Below are positions 14,386-26,400 of a stretch of 64,000 nt of DNA, in pieces. Location of the stretch: assembly GCA_002269645.1 (NCBI GenBank), contig NIVC01000288.1:62001-126000 (forward strand), in the 5' to 3' direction. Position 1 is the first letter of the stretch, and each line of letters begins with the position of its first letter. The notes beneath the pieces were generated by a model. That model saw nothing but the letters and a program-made list of their open reading frames with translations. It made no database searches and was not told the DNA's origin. The position numbers and the translations under genes were made by a program. Origin of the DNA: Macrostomum lignano. Lineage: Eukaryota.

Positions 14386-16639
14386 GCAGCAGCAACAGCA
14401 GTGCCAGAGTGCCTGCAGCTCCCCGGTGCACACACTGCTGCAACGAGACAGGCCGGCTTCCTTGCAGAACACGCCAACGCATCATCTTCAGTCGCAACAG
14501 TCGCCAAACGCCAGTCGCCACCGATCGCGCTCGAGCAAGCGCTCAGCGCAGCAGCCGACGGTCCCTCCGCCTTCGCTGGCTCGAGTTGCTCAGTGGCTAG
14601 AAGGCGTTGAGCCCGACGACCTTCGTGCCGCAGTTGCGGCTGCGGCTGCCGCTTCCTCGACAGCTCCGACTCAGCAAAGTTCGACTGCAACCGTGACCTC
14701 GCCACCGCCCGCGTGCACTGAGGGGCATCAACAGCTGCATCAGTACCATAATTTCCCTCAGCCACAGAAAATTGCTCCGGAGCAGGCATCGGCAGCTTCG
14801 ATCGCTTCAACACCGACACCGAGCCATCGACGGACAAGCAGCTCGCTGTCCTCGGAAGCAACTCCAGCATCGCCTTGCATCGCTGATGCGGCCTCTGGTC
14901 GATCATCTGCCGCGTCCACCACGAAGGACAGCAAAGAGGCAAGCAGCAGCACCCTGGGCCGGAAGGCAGCCAGCAAGTGGGCCAGCTTCCTCAACAGCCC
15001 CCTGTTCGGCAAGCGATCGTCCAAGTCCTCAGCAGCAGCGGCGCAGCAGACGCCACAGCAGGCAGTACAGCCGCAGCGACTGCGGATGGCCGATGCGGCA
15101 CCAACTCCAGCTTCGACATCAACAACCGTGCAGAAGCGTCGCGGCGAAAGTCGCCGATCGTCAGCGGCTGCTTCGTCGACAGCGGCGGTCGCGTCCCAGC
15201 CTGTCGTCATTCCATCGCCGTACCACACGGTGACGCAGCCGCGGGCCTCAGTCCACAGCAGCTCTGGGCCCGACTCCGACTGCTCGTACAATCCTCTGGG
15301 AGCTTACTGCGGCATCGGCACCCGCCGACGTTGCGGTGGCGTCACTGGCGGCGCCTCTTCGGGCTACGAATCGATGCTGCGAGACAGTGAAGCGTCCAGC
15401 TGCCATGACACGGCCAGCGAGCGCTCCGGACCATCGGCCGGGAAGAAGATTCCAGTCATTGCCGCGGCTCGCTCCGGTACGAGGAGAAAACGTAAGTGTC
15501 TCATATTTCACTCATCAGGGCCAACTTCAAAGGTACAGAGTGTGTTCATGGCTGACGATACGAAAGTGACGATGTGTTGTGTGCTTGCTTAGACGTCGAA
15601 GGAATGAGCTTGACCGCGAGCCTTCCTGCCAACTTACTGTACAGGTTACATGCTGTACAGTGCTCTTGGTCTTAGCCTCGTAACTAAATCATTGCATTTC
15701 CCACTCTCCGCTGTCAAACAGAGACTCATCATCAGCATCGCAGAAGCGGTGGCAGCCGTTCTCGATCTCGCTCTGCTCCAACAGCTGAGGATGGCGAGGC
15801 AGAGGGCCACGGCGACTCATCGTCGAAAGTTGAACTCGACGTCGCAACGTTGGCAGAGGAGCGCGAGGAGATCAAGTGGCAAATACGCTGCGAGAAAGTT
15901 GATGAGCTGCTGTATCAGCAGGAACAGCTCAAAAACGAGATGCTGCAGGCTAAACGACTGCTGATGGCCGATCCCGGAAGTTGGAATTTCGATTGTGAGT
16001 TCATTTTTCTGCGGCAATTATTCAGACTAGGGATTGATTTTCGTAGGATAATTTTAGGCACCCTGGAGCAACGCCTTTTGGCTACAACGTCCCACAAACT
16101 GCCAACTTCGCACACTTCTGAGCACATACAAGCATTTCTAATCGTCAGGCATGTGCACTCTTTGAGCCTTTGAGGTTGGCCCTCCAAAAAAAATGAATCC
16201 ATTTTTTGTGCGCACAAGCACTGAATCAAACCAGGGGGGTCTGCGGCGCGAGAATCTGACGCGTTTTTACCATTGAGCTGCTTTACTCATTCAGAATATG
16301 GATGGTCTCGTCACTGAAACTAAAAATGGCTTTTTTTAAAGTGACGGAAGGACTAACATGAAGTTCTAATCTGGGGGTGGGTTTTGTAGCTTCTTCACAC
16401 TACTGTAGTCAGTAGGCAATCTAGCGTCTATATACACAGCTAGCTTCATGATTCTTTCTATCCCTGGTTCCCCACCCGCAGTACACGTGGCCGAGAGCAT
16501 GGATCCGGAATCTCCAGGATTTCTAGAAGCGCTGCGCAAAGAGACGTCCATCCTGCGCAAGCGAGTGCACGCCTGCAAGTCGCACCTCCTATTTGTCAGC
16601 TGTTTCGACGCGAGGAACCCGTCCGAGGAGACGGAGTGA
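3195..16639 (+). CDS. KIF26: Kinesin-11 family KIF26A/B-like protein (spliced gene, ~1405 aa from these exons)
   Basis: join(3195..3244,7455..7683,9727..9909,11089..11182,12261..15491,15722..15994,16482..16639) = 4218 nt, phases consistent. KIF26 hallmarks: GKVKV, VNGTDGCVFVFGYGNLGKTHTM, SHLLFTLHLYQYR, GGRSRLHLIDLGS, DYSSSSEQSCDTVI, TDNEHPP, SSGYESMLRDSE, C-terminal RVHACKSHLLFVSCFD. Confidence 0.93.
7455..7683 (+). CDS. KIF26: KIF26-like exon (Q-rich, ends AGGK)
   Basis: ctctctttag acceptor, AAG|gtgagg donor; GK joins VKV, the start of the motor domain. Confidence 0.8.
7741..8105. repeat. Minisatellite, 30 bp unit TTCAGTTCCTTCTGAGGGAGACACAGTACC, ~12 copies (KIF26 intron)
   Basis: Exact 30 bp periodicity in the sequence. 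Confidence 0.95.
8114..8490. repeat. Minisatellite, 31 bp unit TCCATACGGTACCCGATGTCTTCCAGAAGGT, ~12 copies
   Basis: GGTACCC recurs every 31 bp (e.g. 8231, 8262). Confidence 0.95.
9727..9909 (+). CDS. KIF26: KIF26-like motor exon (VKVVVKV...PKAFIYDSVF)
   Basis: tttcag acceptor, CTG|gtaagt donor; kinesin beta-1 and F-x-YD-x-VF motifs. Confidence 0.9.
10598..10666. repeat. (CT)n microsatellite, ~35 units
   Basis: Seen directly. Confidence 0.98.
11089..11182 (+). CDS. KIF26: KIF26-like motor exon (PELCASALPDIIQGVVNGTDGCVFVFGYGNL)
   Basis: caacag acceptor, G|gtaagt donor; first half of the P-loop. Not in the ORF track. Confidence 0.92.
12261..15491 (+). CDS. KIF26: KIF26-like large exon (rest of motor plus long disordered tail)
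   Basis: tacgcag acceptor, C|gtaagt donor; lies within ORF 12128..15592. Confidence 0.95.
15722..15994 (+). CDS. KIF26: KIF26-like penultimate exon (coiled coil, ends DPGSWNFD)
   Basis: caaacag acceptor, T|gtgagt donor; same frame as ORF 15850. Confidence 0.88.
16482..16639 (+). CDS. KIF26: KIF26-like last exon (conserved C-terminal domain)
   Basis: cccgcag acceptor; HVAESMDPESPGFLEALRKETSILRKRVHACKSHLLFVSCFD...TGA resembles the KIF26B C-terminus. Confidence 0.92.
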
Positions 16640-17321
16640 TACTATACCCTGTCGGAGTCCTGCTCAACCCAGTTTTTATATCAGATTAAAGTTATTTGTA
16701 CGAATTTTTCAGATTGTTTCAAACGCTTCATTTATTTCGCATGATAGCAGCTGATGACGTGGACACTGGACTTTGATGCAATTTTCAGAAAAATTGTCAG
16801 GGTTTGCAAGTGAAGCGATCCTCTGTCTCAGCTGCCCATTTGACCTTATAATTCATATTTTAACGCGTGTTCGAAGTCTGCCCCAGTTGCTCCAAGCTGC
16901 AATGCGTTACGAAAGGCTTCAATAATGACACAGATCAATTTGATGCCTCTGTTCTGGCTTCCTACTCGCTCTGTTCAATATTTTTGCTTAATCTTCCTGC
17001 TTAACTTTGTACACAAGACGCGCTCATCATTTTTCAGTGGCTTTGCTACAGTGTCTGTCCACCAAGAAACCATTGATAATTTGAAAAAAACTTCTAACGA
17101 TGCCTTTCCTAACCTTGGCTGGTGTTTCTCTAAAGTGTGCGTGTTTTTCGGCTAATAAATTAATGTTATCTTAATGGGCATTGGGCGCGAGTTGTTTGTG
17201 CTTCTCATTAATTAATCGTAATTTCTCATCAAGCGATAATTAAGTTGGACTATATGGTTAATTTGTTTTTTTAAATCCTATTCTGATATGTCCTGTTCTC
17301 AGCAATCCGACTAGCATTAGT

Positions 17322-17770
17322 TAGCACTCCCTCAGCTCGCAGTCCCTCAGCTAGCACTCCCTCAGCTAGCACTCCCTCAGCTAGCACTCCCTCAGCTAGC
17401 ACTCCCTCAGCTAGCACTCCCTCAGCTAGCACTCCCTCAGCTAGCACTCCCTCAGCTAGAACTCTCCCAGCTAGCACTCCCTCAGCTAGCACTCCCTCAG
17501 CTAGAACTCTCCCAGCTATCACTATCTCAGTAAGCACTCCCTCAGCTAGCACTCCCTCAGTAAGCACTCCCTCAGCTCGCACTCCCCCAGCTATCACTAT
17601 CTCAGTAAGCACTCCCTCAGTAAGCACTCTTTCAGCTAGCACTCTCTCAGCTAGCACTCCCTCAGCTAGCACTCCCTCAGCTAGCACTCCCTCAGCTAGC
17701 ACTCCCTCAGCTAGCACTCCCTCAGCTATCACTATCTCAGTAAGCACTCCCTCAGCTAGCACTCCCTCAG
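17322..17770. repeat. Minisatellite, 15 bp unit CAGCTAGCACTCCCT, ~30 copies
   Basis: Direct periodicity; produces the GVLAE pseudo-ORF. Confidence 0.95.
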
Positions 17771-18341
17771 AGCCGTGGCCTGAGGCAACTACCTGGTCAC
17801 GCACAGGTAAGCACACCGGGATAACCCATACCTTTAGAAGCAAAGGTCAGATGCTGTAGGCCCCGGGGTCCACCTCCAACACCTGCAGAGATCGAGCAGA
17901 TGACATATTTCATATTTCATATCGGCATGCTGTACCAGTACATCCTCAGCGAGACTCTCAAGCATTCGTTCATCACTCCGATACCGCTGGCACCAATTCA
18001 AAACAAAAGGCACAGCAGGTGGCCATGGACGTTAAAATTAAATCGTTAAAATTATGTTACATACCTTTGCTTGTTTACTAACAGTAGTACATTAGCTCCA
18101 GTTGAGCAGTAGGTATTAATTTGTGAAAGAGCCAATTATTCTTTTTATTTGCTGGAATAAATAGAAAATGATGAATATTAAATTTATGATATTCTGCCTA
18201 TTCAATGACGCTATACTGAATGCAAAACTTCCCCCATCAATCAATGATTTTTTCTGTCATTTGACGACCTAAGCGGAGTCAATTCCACCCGTGAAATTAC
18301 AGCATCTATGCAAGCGGCACTGCTTTTATACAATGAATGGA

Positions 18342-18665
18342 GGGGGCTGTAGCCTAGTGGTTAGAGCGTCGGAGTCACGGCTGAAAGGTCGCGGGTTCGA
18401 TTCCCGACCCATTCGGAACAATTTGTGTCCTTGAGCAAGACAACTTAACTCTGCATTGCTTCAGTTCACCCAGCTGTAAAATGGGTCTCAGCATAATTAG
18501 CTGGGGTAATTGAGGGTGTGTTGCGACCCCCCCCCCCAGTCCTTGGACTGAACAGCAACAGCCGTACGCAGCCTTCAGATGCGCCGCGCAATAGCTGCGG
18601 CTGAGCTGTCGGTTGCACATCTGGCCATTAGGGCAGGTGTAATTAATTATTGTTATTATTATTAC
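18342..18665 (+). mobile_element. tRNA-derived SINE, full-length copy
   Basis: Pol III box A (TAGCCTAGTGG) and box B (GGTTCGATTCCC), central GTGTCCTTGAGCAAGAC..TTAACTCT..CACCCAGCTGTAAAATGGG block, (TTA)-rich tail; near-identical copy at 40547. Confidence 0.9.
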
Positions 18666-19305
18666 AGTTGTTTAGTTGAGCTCAAGTATACTCTCAGACG
18701 AACTGCTGAGTTCCCTCGACTGTCTGTCTTTTTCTTTTCTAACTACAACTACAAATTACGAGAATGAAGAAAAATTTTTGCAATTCAGGCCCCTTAAAAT
18801 ACTCAAAACTTGATGGTTTGTCCTTCCGAATCGAAAATTTATTTGAAATTCGAATCGACATTGGAACCATATGGCCTATTTATCAAAAGAGCCGAAGTTG
18901 CTGCGCAATAAGAGAAAATTAATGTTGCGTTTTAAATCAAGCTAATCTTTTAACTTTGTTAAACTTGAAGTAATTTAGAACGATAAATAAATAAAATAAA
19001 ATTTCGCTTAAAAACTGCATGCGTTGGTGTGTCCGTATGCCCTTGTATAGACAAAGCGAAATTAAAATTCCAATTAGAAAAAATTGAATTCTTCTCACTC
19101 TCACTCTTATTAAGGCAAGGTTTAACATTTAGGCGGTCCACGAAATGCCAGGTTTAGTAACTGCTGTAGGTAAGTCACCAAATTAGGTTCCAGGTTTTAT
19201 GATGCGTTGTAAAATGTGGCCACAGACTGCAGGCAAATTTTCTAAATAGAATTGCTGAGGCCAGCAAAAACTGGACTTGTCCTAAGAGGTGCACAGAACA
19301 CTAGA

Positions 19306-19975
19306 TGTAAGGGGCGCCATTATCGGTGTAGGGGGTGCCATTATCGGTGTAAGGAGCGCCATTATCGGTGTAAGGAGCACCATTATCGGTGTAGGGGATG
19401 CCATTATCGGTGTAAGGAGCGCCATTATCGGTGTAGGGGGGTGCCATTATCGGTGTAGGGGGTGCCATTATCGGTGTAAGGAGCGCCATTATCGGTGTAA
19501 GGAGCACCATTATCGGTGTAGGGGATGCCATTATCGGTGTAAGGAGCGCCATTATCGGTGTAGGGGGGTGCCATTATCGGTGTAAGGAGCGCCATTATCG
19601 GTGTAAGGAGCGCCATTATCGGTGTAGGGGGTGCCCTTATCGGTGTAGGGGGTGCCATTATCGGTGTAAGGAGCGCCATTATCGGTGTAAGGGGCGCCAT
19701 TATCGGTGTAAGGAGCGCCATTATCGGTGTAGGGGGGTGCCATTATCGGTGTAGGGGGTGCCATTATCGGTGTAAGGGCACCGTTGTAAGTGCACCGTTG
19801 TAAGGAAATCGGTGTAAGGGCACCGATAATGGCGCCATTATCGGTGTAAGGAGCACCATTATCGGTGTAAGGGCGCCATTATCGGTGTAAGGAGCGCCAT
19901 TATCGGTGTAGGGGGTGCCATTATCGGTGTAAGGGCACCGTTGTAAGGAAATCGGTGTAAGGGGTGCCATTATCG
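19306..19975. repeat. Minisatellite, 21(-22) bp unit GCGCCATTATCGGTGTAAGGA, ~30 copies
   Basis: TATCGG recurs every 21 bp. Confidence 0.95.
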
Positions 19976-21007
19976 ATGTAATTGTTGATGCAATTGATGC
20001 AACAACATAACAAATGACAAAAACTGCAAAGTTACCTGGATATCCATCAAATAAAAGATGAAAACTCTGTAAACGTTTTATAGTCCACAAGTTGACTTGG
20101 GTAAAATTTTGCTCAAAGCATACACACTGTTTTAAATACGCTTCCAGAGAACTAGAGCATAGAGTAGTTTTTGTACTTTTATAATTTATTTAATTTTTTT
20201 TCAGTGAAATTACTGACATAAAATGAAACCATATTTAAGCATTGCAAAAGAAGTTAAATTTACAAAGGTAAAATGGAAACAAATCTGTTTGCGAAATAAT
20301 ATTAGGAAGTGATATATTTTTACGCTTTTACTAACCGCCATGGACTCCTTTCCGGGTCCAGGTGTTATTTAGGAGTCCATGCGATATAGTAGAACGCAAG
20401 TGTCTGGGTTTCGAATGGGCAGTAAATTTGCATCGATGAGAATTAAATAAAAATTAAATACCAGGTACACAAATTAAATAGGGGCCTCATAAAACCTCTA
20501 ATAAGTCTTACTGACATCGTTGAACGAAAGAATTCCAACAAAAAAAGAGTTCACACGGGACCGGTCGGTGAATTAGGCGCAATCAGGCGGTCTCACTGGC
20601 AATGAAATTATAAACAAAATAAATTCAATAAAATGACAAAAAATATGTTTAAGCAAGTAAAGCTGGGGGGGTCTTTGGAATTTCAAGTATTTCATTTTCG
20701 AGTGTCAGCAGATTAAACAAGAGTCGAAGCAGATTAGGAAATAAAAATAAAAATGAGTTTTTGTTTTAATGCTAGGAAATTCTTATTGAAACAGAAAAAC
20801 AGGAAGTGCGGCGCGAGTGCAGCGCTTGTTCCTGAAGTAGCAAATTTGTTTCTTTTGCCTGCTGGGGAATTTCCGGTGACTGCCGCCAAGGAGGCCGAAG
20901 TCTTGAGAGTGGGAGTGGAGTAGCGACTTTAGCTGAGCCCCTGCTATGAATATTTGCGATAATCTGGCTTCGTATTACTTAAGATTTTGGTATACCCTCG
21001 TGCCCTG

Positions 21008-21360
21008 TCCCATTACCCCTGCGCCCCTATCCCATACCCCTGTGCCCCTATCCCATACCCCTGTGCCCCTATCCCATACCCCTGTGCCCCTTTCGCATAC
21101 CCCTGTGCCCCTATCCCATACCCCTGTGCCCCTATCCCATACCCCTGTGCCCCTATCCCATACCCCTGTGCCCCTATCCCATACCCCTGTGCCCCTATCC
21201 CATACCCCTGCGCCCCTATCCCATACCCCTGTGCCCCTATCGCATACCCCTGTGCCCCTATCCCATACCCCTGTGCCCTTATCCCATACCCCTGTGCACC
21301 TATCCCATACCCCTGTGCACCTATCCCATACCCCTGCGCCCCTATCCCATACCCTTGTGC
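21008..21360. repeat. Minisatellite, 21 bp unit ATCCCATACCCCTGTGCCCCT, ~17 copies, ~90 bp downstream of the BicC stop
   Basis: Direct periodicity. Confidence 0.95.
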
Positions 21361-21450
21361 GCCTAACCCATGCGACCATTTACAATCATGAATATGATTC
21401 CACGGTACAGGTGTGACTAATCACCGCTAATGCCTATCCAGACTGCATAT

Positions 21451-23496
21451 CTAGATCGCCGCTGACCCTACAGACTGAGCGGCCTGAGCCGCCAGCAGGT
21501 GAATCAGTTGCTGCACTTTCTGCCTAGTGGCGTAATTGAAGCCTAAACTGCGCAGATCGTCCTCGGACAGTTTCCTGAAGGCGCACAGGTCGATTTCCTG
21601 GCTAATCATCGCCTCAGCGCACTCGAGCAGGTTGTGCCGATCAAGCAGGCACAGCAGGGCGTCGATGCCGTCTGAGTCATCGGTGTCCCAGGACGACTGG
21701 CTGACGGAGCCGGTGGCGCCGGGAGCAGCATTCGCTGGCTGGCGATGACTAGTTGAACAAGCAGCCGCTTCTCCCAGCTGAGCAAGTGGCTGATAGTAGC
21801 AACTCTGAGCGAACGGTGTTGTTGAGTAGGCCGACGATGAACCCTGCTGCTCGGTGGCAGCCGTAGTCTGTGACTGTGACGACGACGAAGCAGTGGCCTG
21901 AACTCCGCCTGAGGCTGCTGCTGGGTCGGAGCTGGCGGGGCCGATGCCCTGGTTAGCGACTAGGAGGCTGGCTCCGCAGGACCGGCTGAAGAAGTAGCCA
22001 GACCACTGCTTCGTTGGCCGGCGGTCGCCTTCAACAGCCGGCTGAGACATGATGCGCTGAGCTGCCAACTTTCGACGCGAATATTCCGCACCGGGAGCTC
22101 GATTCTCCGGACTCAACGGGGGCGGAGACGCGTTGGTTGAGCTGGTTCGACTCGGCTCAGTCCGAGACGTCGGTGAGGAAATTGGCGACGTCTGAAACTC
22201 GTCGGACTGAGACGAGCTCGGCAGCGGCTTCGGCATCAGCTGTACAGACGTTGGAGAGGCGAGCATACTCGGAATTGTCGGTGAATGTTGCGGATATGAG
22301 AACGACTGCTGAGCAGTAGATGCACCCGGCGAAGCCAGAAGCGTCTGCTGCACCTCCGGAACTGGAGTCCCGAAGATCCTGCTCAATAGCCGGTACATCG
22401 CGTGGGCGTTGCCCTCGTGAGTTCGAAGAGTCACCGCTCTGGACGAGCCCGTGGCACCTCCGCCGCCGCCACCGCCGCCGCCACCACCGCCTCGCCGAAT
22501 GGCGAAGTCAACGACAACGCCTTCCATGTTTCGACCTTTCAGCGATTCGACAAGCGAATCCTCCGTGGCGAACGCGTTGCAGGGCATGTCGAAGCACAGG
22601 AAGGCGGGCAGGCAGGCCAGCAGGAAGGAGCGAAGGCGGAGCAATGACCGACAGCCGCCAGCCTCCGACATGACGGCGCCAGTGTCAGTCAAATCGAACT
22701 GACTCACGCCGAACTGTTTCAGAGTGGATTTCAAAAAGTTCGACTCGCCAGCCGAAGTGGCGATGGCGGTTGGCAGCGACAGGAGCTCCAGCTGGAGCCG
22801 CTCTCGCACCGCGGCCGCGTGACGCCGCTCGAAGTCCAGCCGACACGTCACCAGAAGCGACTGCTGGCTGCAGTGCGGCTGCTGTAGCGACCCGGCCGCC
22901 AGCCTGAGGAAATTCTCAGCATAGAGCGATAGGCGTTCGACCGCGATCGCCACTCGTTCGGCGTTCTCGACGAGACCGCGAATCAGCCAGCCACCGCTGC
23001 CGCCGAGCTGATGATGACCGCTCGGGTGCTGCCGAGTGACGCACACCTTGCAGAGCTCGCAGATCTCCCTGACGAACAGGTGACTGGCGGGGTCCGGCAC
23101 CGGCGCGGGCAGCAGCAGCAGCAGAGCCAGCGGCTGCTTCGCCCGGATCATCCGTCTGGCCTCCTCCATCCCGGCCGGCTGCGGACCGTCGAGGCCGTTC
23201 AGCGACACCTGGTTGCTCTTGGCCGCGGCGCACTCGGCGGCTGACGCGCCAGAAGCCAGCGCAGCCGCCGCCGCAGCAGCCGATTGCGCCGACTTGTTGG
23301 AGTCCGGGAAGTGAATGTCGGTTCCAGTCCGGGATTTGATCTCCTTCTGTAGAGCGCCGTGCCGACCGATCAGCTGGCCGTGCTCGTTGTGAGGCACGTC
23401 GATTCGCAAAGTCAGCTTTGAGAACTTCCGGCTGCAATAGCTGAGCACCATCGCCTTGGCCAGCTGGACCGCTTCTGAACTGCCCATGACCTTCAC
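21451..23496 (-). CDS. BICC1: BicC exon 2
   Basis: ctcgcag acceptor, GTG AAG GTC..., TAG at 21453-21451. Confidence 0.94.
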   Translation of the reverse strand: MKVMGSSEAVQLAKAMVLSYCSRKFSKLTLRIDVPHNEHGQLIGRHGALQKEIKSRTGTDIHFPDSNKSAQSAAAAAAALASGASAAECAAAKSNQVSLNGLDGPQPAGMEEARRMIRAKQPLALLLLLPAPVPDPASHLFVREICELCKVCVTRQHPSGHHQLGGSGGWLIRGLVENAERVAIAVERLSLYAENFLRLAAGSLQQPHCSQQSLLVTCRLDFERRHAAAVRERLQLELLSLPTAIATSAGESNFLKSTLKQFGVSQFDLTDTGAVMSEAGGCRSLLRLRSFLLACLPAFLCFDMPCNAFATEDSLVESLKGRNMEGVVVDFAIRRGGGGGGGGGGGGATGSSRAVTLRTHEGNAHAMYRLLSRIFGTPVPEVQQTLLASPGASTAQQSFSYPQHSPTIPSMLASPTSVQLMPKPLPSSSQSDEFQTSPISSPTSRTEPSRTSSTNASPPPLSPENRAPGAEYSRRKLAAQRIMSQPAVEGDRRPTKQWSGYFFSRSCGASLLVANQGIGPASSDPAAASGGVQATASSSSQSQTTAATEQQGSSSAYSTTPFAQSCYYQPLAQLGEAAACSTSHRQPANAAPGATGSVSQSSWDTDDSDGIDALLCLLDRHNLLECAEAMISQEIDLCAFRKLSEDDLRSLGFNYATRQKVQQLIHLLAAQAAQSVGSAAI

Positions 23497-26400
23497 CTGC
23501 GAGTTCGTGTGGGTTTGGGCTCGAATTCGAAGCTACTATAACACGAAGCTTACCACCAAGCGCCTCTTAGACAATCCCAGCGCCCTAAAACGGTACCTGA
23601 GCGGTCCATTAAACTACCGTAGACTCCCCTAAACTACCATAGACTCCCTTAAACTACCATAAACTCCGTTAAACTACCATAGAATCCTTTAAACTACCAT
23701 AGAATCCTTTATAGTACCATAGAGTCCATTAAACTACCATAGAGTCCATTAAACTACCATAGAGTCCATTAAACTACCATAGAGTCCATTAAACTACCAT
23801 AGAGTCCATTAAACTACCATAGAGTCCATTAAACTACCATAGAGTCCCTTAAGCTACCATAAACTCCGTTAAACTACCATAGAATCCTTTAAACTACCAT
23901 AGAATCCTTTATAGTACCATAGAGTCCATTAAACTACCATAGAGTCCATTAAACTACCATAGAGTCCATTAAACTACCATAGAGTCCATTAAACTACCAT
24001 AGAGTCCATTAAACTACCATAGAGTCCCTTAAACTACCATAGACTCCGTTAAACTACCATAGAATCATTTAAACTACCATAGAATCCTTTATAGTACCAT
24101 AGAGTTCCTTAAACTACCATAGACTCACTTAAACTACCATAGAGTCCCTTAAACTACCATAGAGTCCCTTAAACTACCATAGAGTCCCTTAAACTACCAT
24201 AGAGTCCATTAAACTACCATAGAGTCCATTAAACTACCATAGAGTCCATTAAACTACCATAGAGTCCCTCAAACTACCACGGACTCACTTAAACTACCAT
24301 AGAGTCCTTTAAACTACCATAGAGTCCCTTAAACTACCATAGAGTCCCTTAAACTACCATAGAGTCCATTAAACTACCATAGAGTCCATTAAACTACCAT
24401 AGAGTCCCTTAAACTACCATAGAGTCCCTTAAACTACCATAGAGTCCATTAAACTACCATAGAGTCCATTAAACTACCATAGAGTCCATTAAACTACCAT
24501 AGAGTCCATTAAACTACCATAGAGTCCATTAAACTACCATAGAGTCCATTAAACTACCATAGAGTCCATTAAACTACCATAGAGTCCATTAAACTACCAT
24601 AGAGTCCATTAAACTACCATAGAGTCCATTAAACTACCATAGAGTCCATTAAACTACCATAGAGTCCCTTAAACTACCATAGAGTCCCTTAAACTACCAT
24701 AGACTCCCTCAAACTACCACGGACTCACTTAAACTACCATAGAGTCCCTTAAACTACCATAGAGTCCATTAAACTACCATAGAGTCCATTAAACTACCAT
24801 AGAGTCCATTAAACTACCATAGACTCCCTCAAACTACCACGGACTCACTTAAACTACCATAGAGTCCCTTAAACTACCATAGAGTCCATTAAACTACCAT
24901 AGAGTCCATTAAACTACCATAGAGTCCATTAAACTACCATAGAGTCCATTAAACTACCATAGAGTCCATTAAACTACCATAGAGTCCATTAAACTACCAT
25001 AGAGTCCATTAAACTACCATAGAGTCCATTAAACTACCATAGAGTCCCTTAAACTACCATAGAGTCCCTTAAACTACCATAGACTCCCTCAAACTACCAC
25101 GGACTCACTTAAACTACCATAGAGTCCCTTAAACTACCATAGACCTTCCTTCCGCGTGACTGTCTTTTCAAATTTTAGAAATTTTGCTAAGATTTGTACA
25201 TCTTCCAATAAAAAGAAACCTTATAAATTTCAATGACTAGCCATCAGGCAGTAAATGATGCTTATATTGGCAGGAGTCATTAAATTTTCTTTTTGCAAAC
25301 AGAATGCTATAATAAAAACATTCATTCAATCCATCAATAATCCATTTATATTTATGTATCCCCAAACTTCTACGTCCAAAATTTCATAAAAAAGGCAGTT
25401 TTTTATTGACCCATTGCCATAAAAAGTAGGAAAAATTTACGTGGGAGAAATAGCTGATAGAGATATAGGGATTGCTCAAAGGCCCGACTTTTAGTCGATA
25501 TCTATCTGCCTATCTGTGGCCTAAAAGGCTGATTTCCCACAAATTTCCAACAAAACCCTCCAAGCATCGCCCACGTAGCAACAACCACCCCCACTGCTGG
25601 ACACGACAAATCGGGACAAATACTGACCATGCAGTATACCGCATTTTGTGAACATCAGTAAGCTCTCTCAGGAATATCAGTAAGCTCTCTCAGGAATATC
25701 AGTAAGCTCTCTCAGGAATATCAGCAAGCTCTCTCAGGAATATCAGTAAGCTCTCTCAGGAATATCAGTAAGCTCTCTCAGGAATATCAGTAAGCTCTCT
25801 CAGGAATATCAGTAAGCTCTCTCAGGAATATCAGTAAGCTCTCTCAGGAATATCAGTAAGCTCTCTCAGGAATATCAGTAAGCTTTCTCAGGAATATCAG
25901 TAAGCTCTTTCAGGAATATCAGTAAGCTCTCTCAGGAATATCAGTAAGCTCTCTCAGGAATATCAGTAAGCTCTTTCAGGAATATCAGTAAGCTCTCTCA
26001 GGAATATGAGTAAGCTTTCTCAGGAATATCAGTAAGCTCTCTCAGGAATATCAGTAAGCTCTCTCAGGAATATCAGTAAGCTCTCTCAGGAATATGAGTA
26101 AGCTTTCTCAGGAATATCAGTAAGCTCTCTCAGGAATATCAGTAAGCTCTCTCAGGAATATCAGTAAGCTTTCTCAGGAATATCAGTAAGCTCTCTCAGG
26201 AATATCAGTAAGCTCTCTCAGGAATATCAGTAAGCTCTCTCAGGAATATCAGTAAGCTCTCTCAGGAATATCAGCAAGCTCTCTCAGGAATATCAGTAAG
26301 CTCTCTCAGGAATATCAGTAAGCTCTCTCAGGAATATCAGTAAGCTCTCTCAGGAATATCAGTAAGCTCTCTCAGGAATATCAGTAAGCTCTCTCAGGAA

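Noticed and set aside
16880-17100. Possible decayed non-LTR fragment on - (SWWTDTVAKP...)
   Set aside because: Single weak motif; no RT or endonuclease signature.
18342-18420. tRNA gene
   Set aside because: A/B boxes are present but I could not fold a full cloverleaf, and the sequence continues into a body shared with two other copies; it is a SINE head.
20339-20381. 11 bp hairpin CATGGACTCCT/AGGAGTCCATG as a Helitron 3' end or terminator
   Set aside because: No CTRR terminus nearby on either strand; a lone short hairpin is uninformative.
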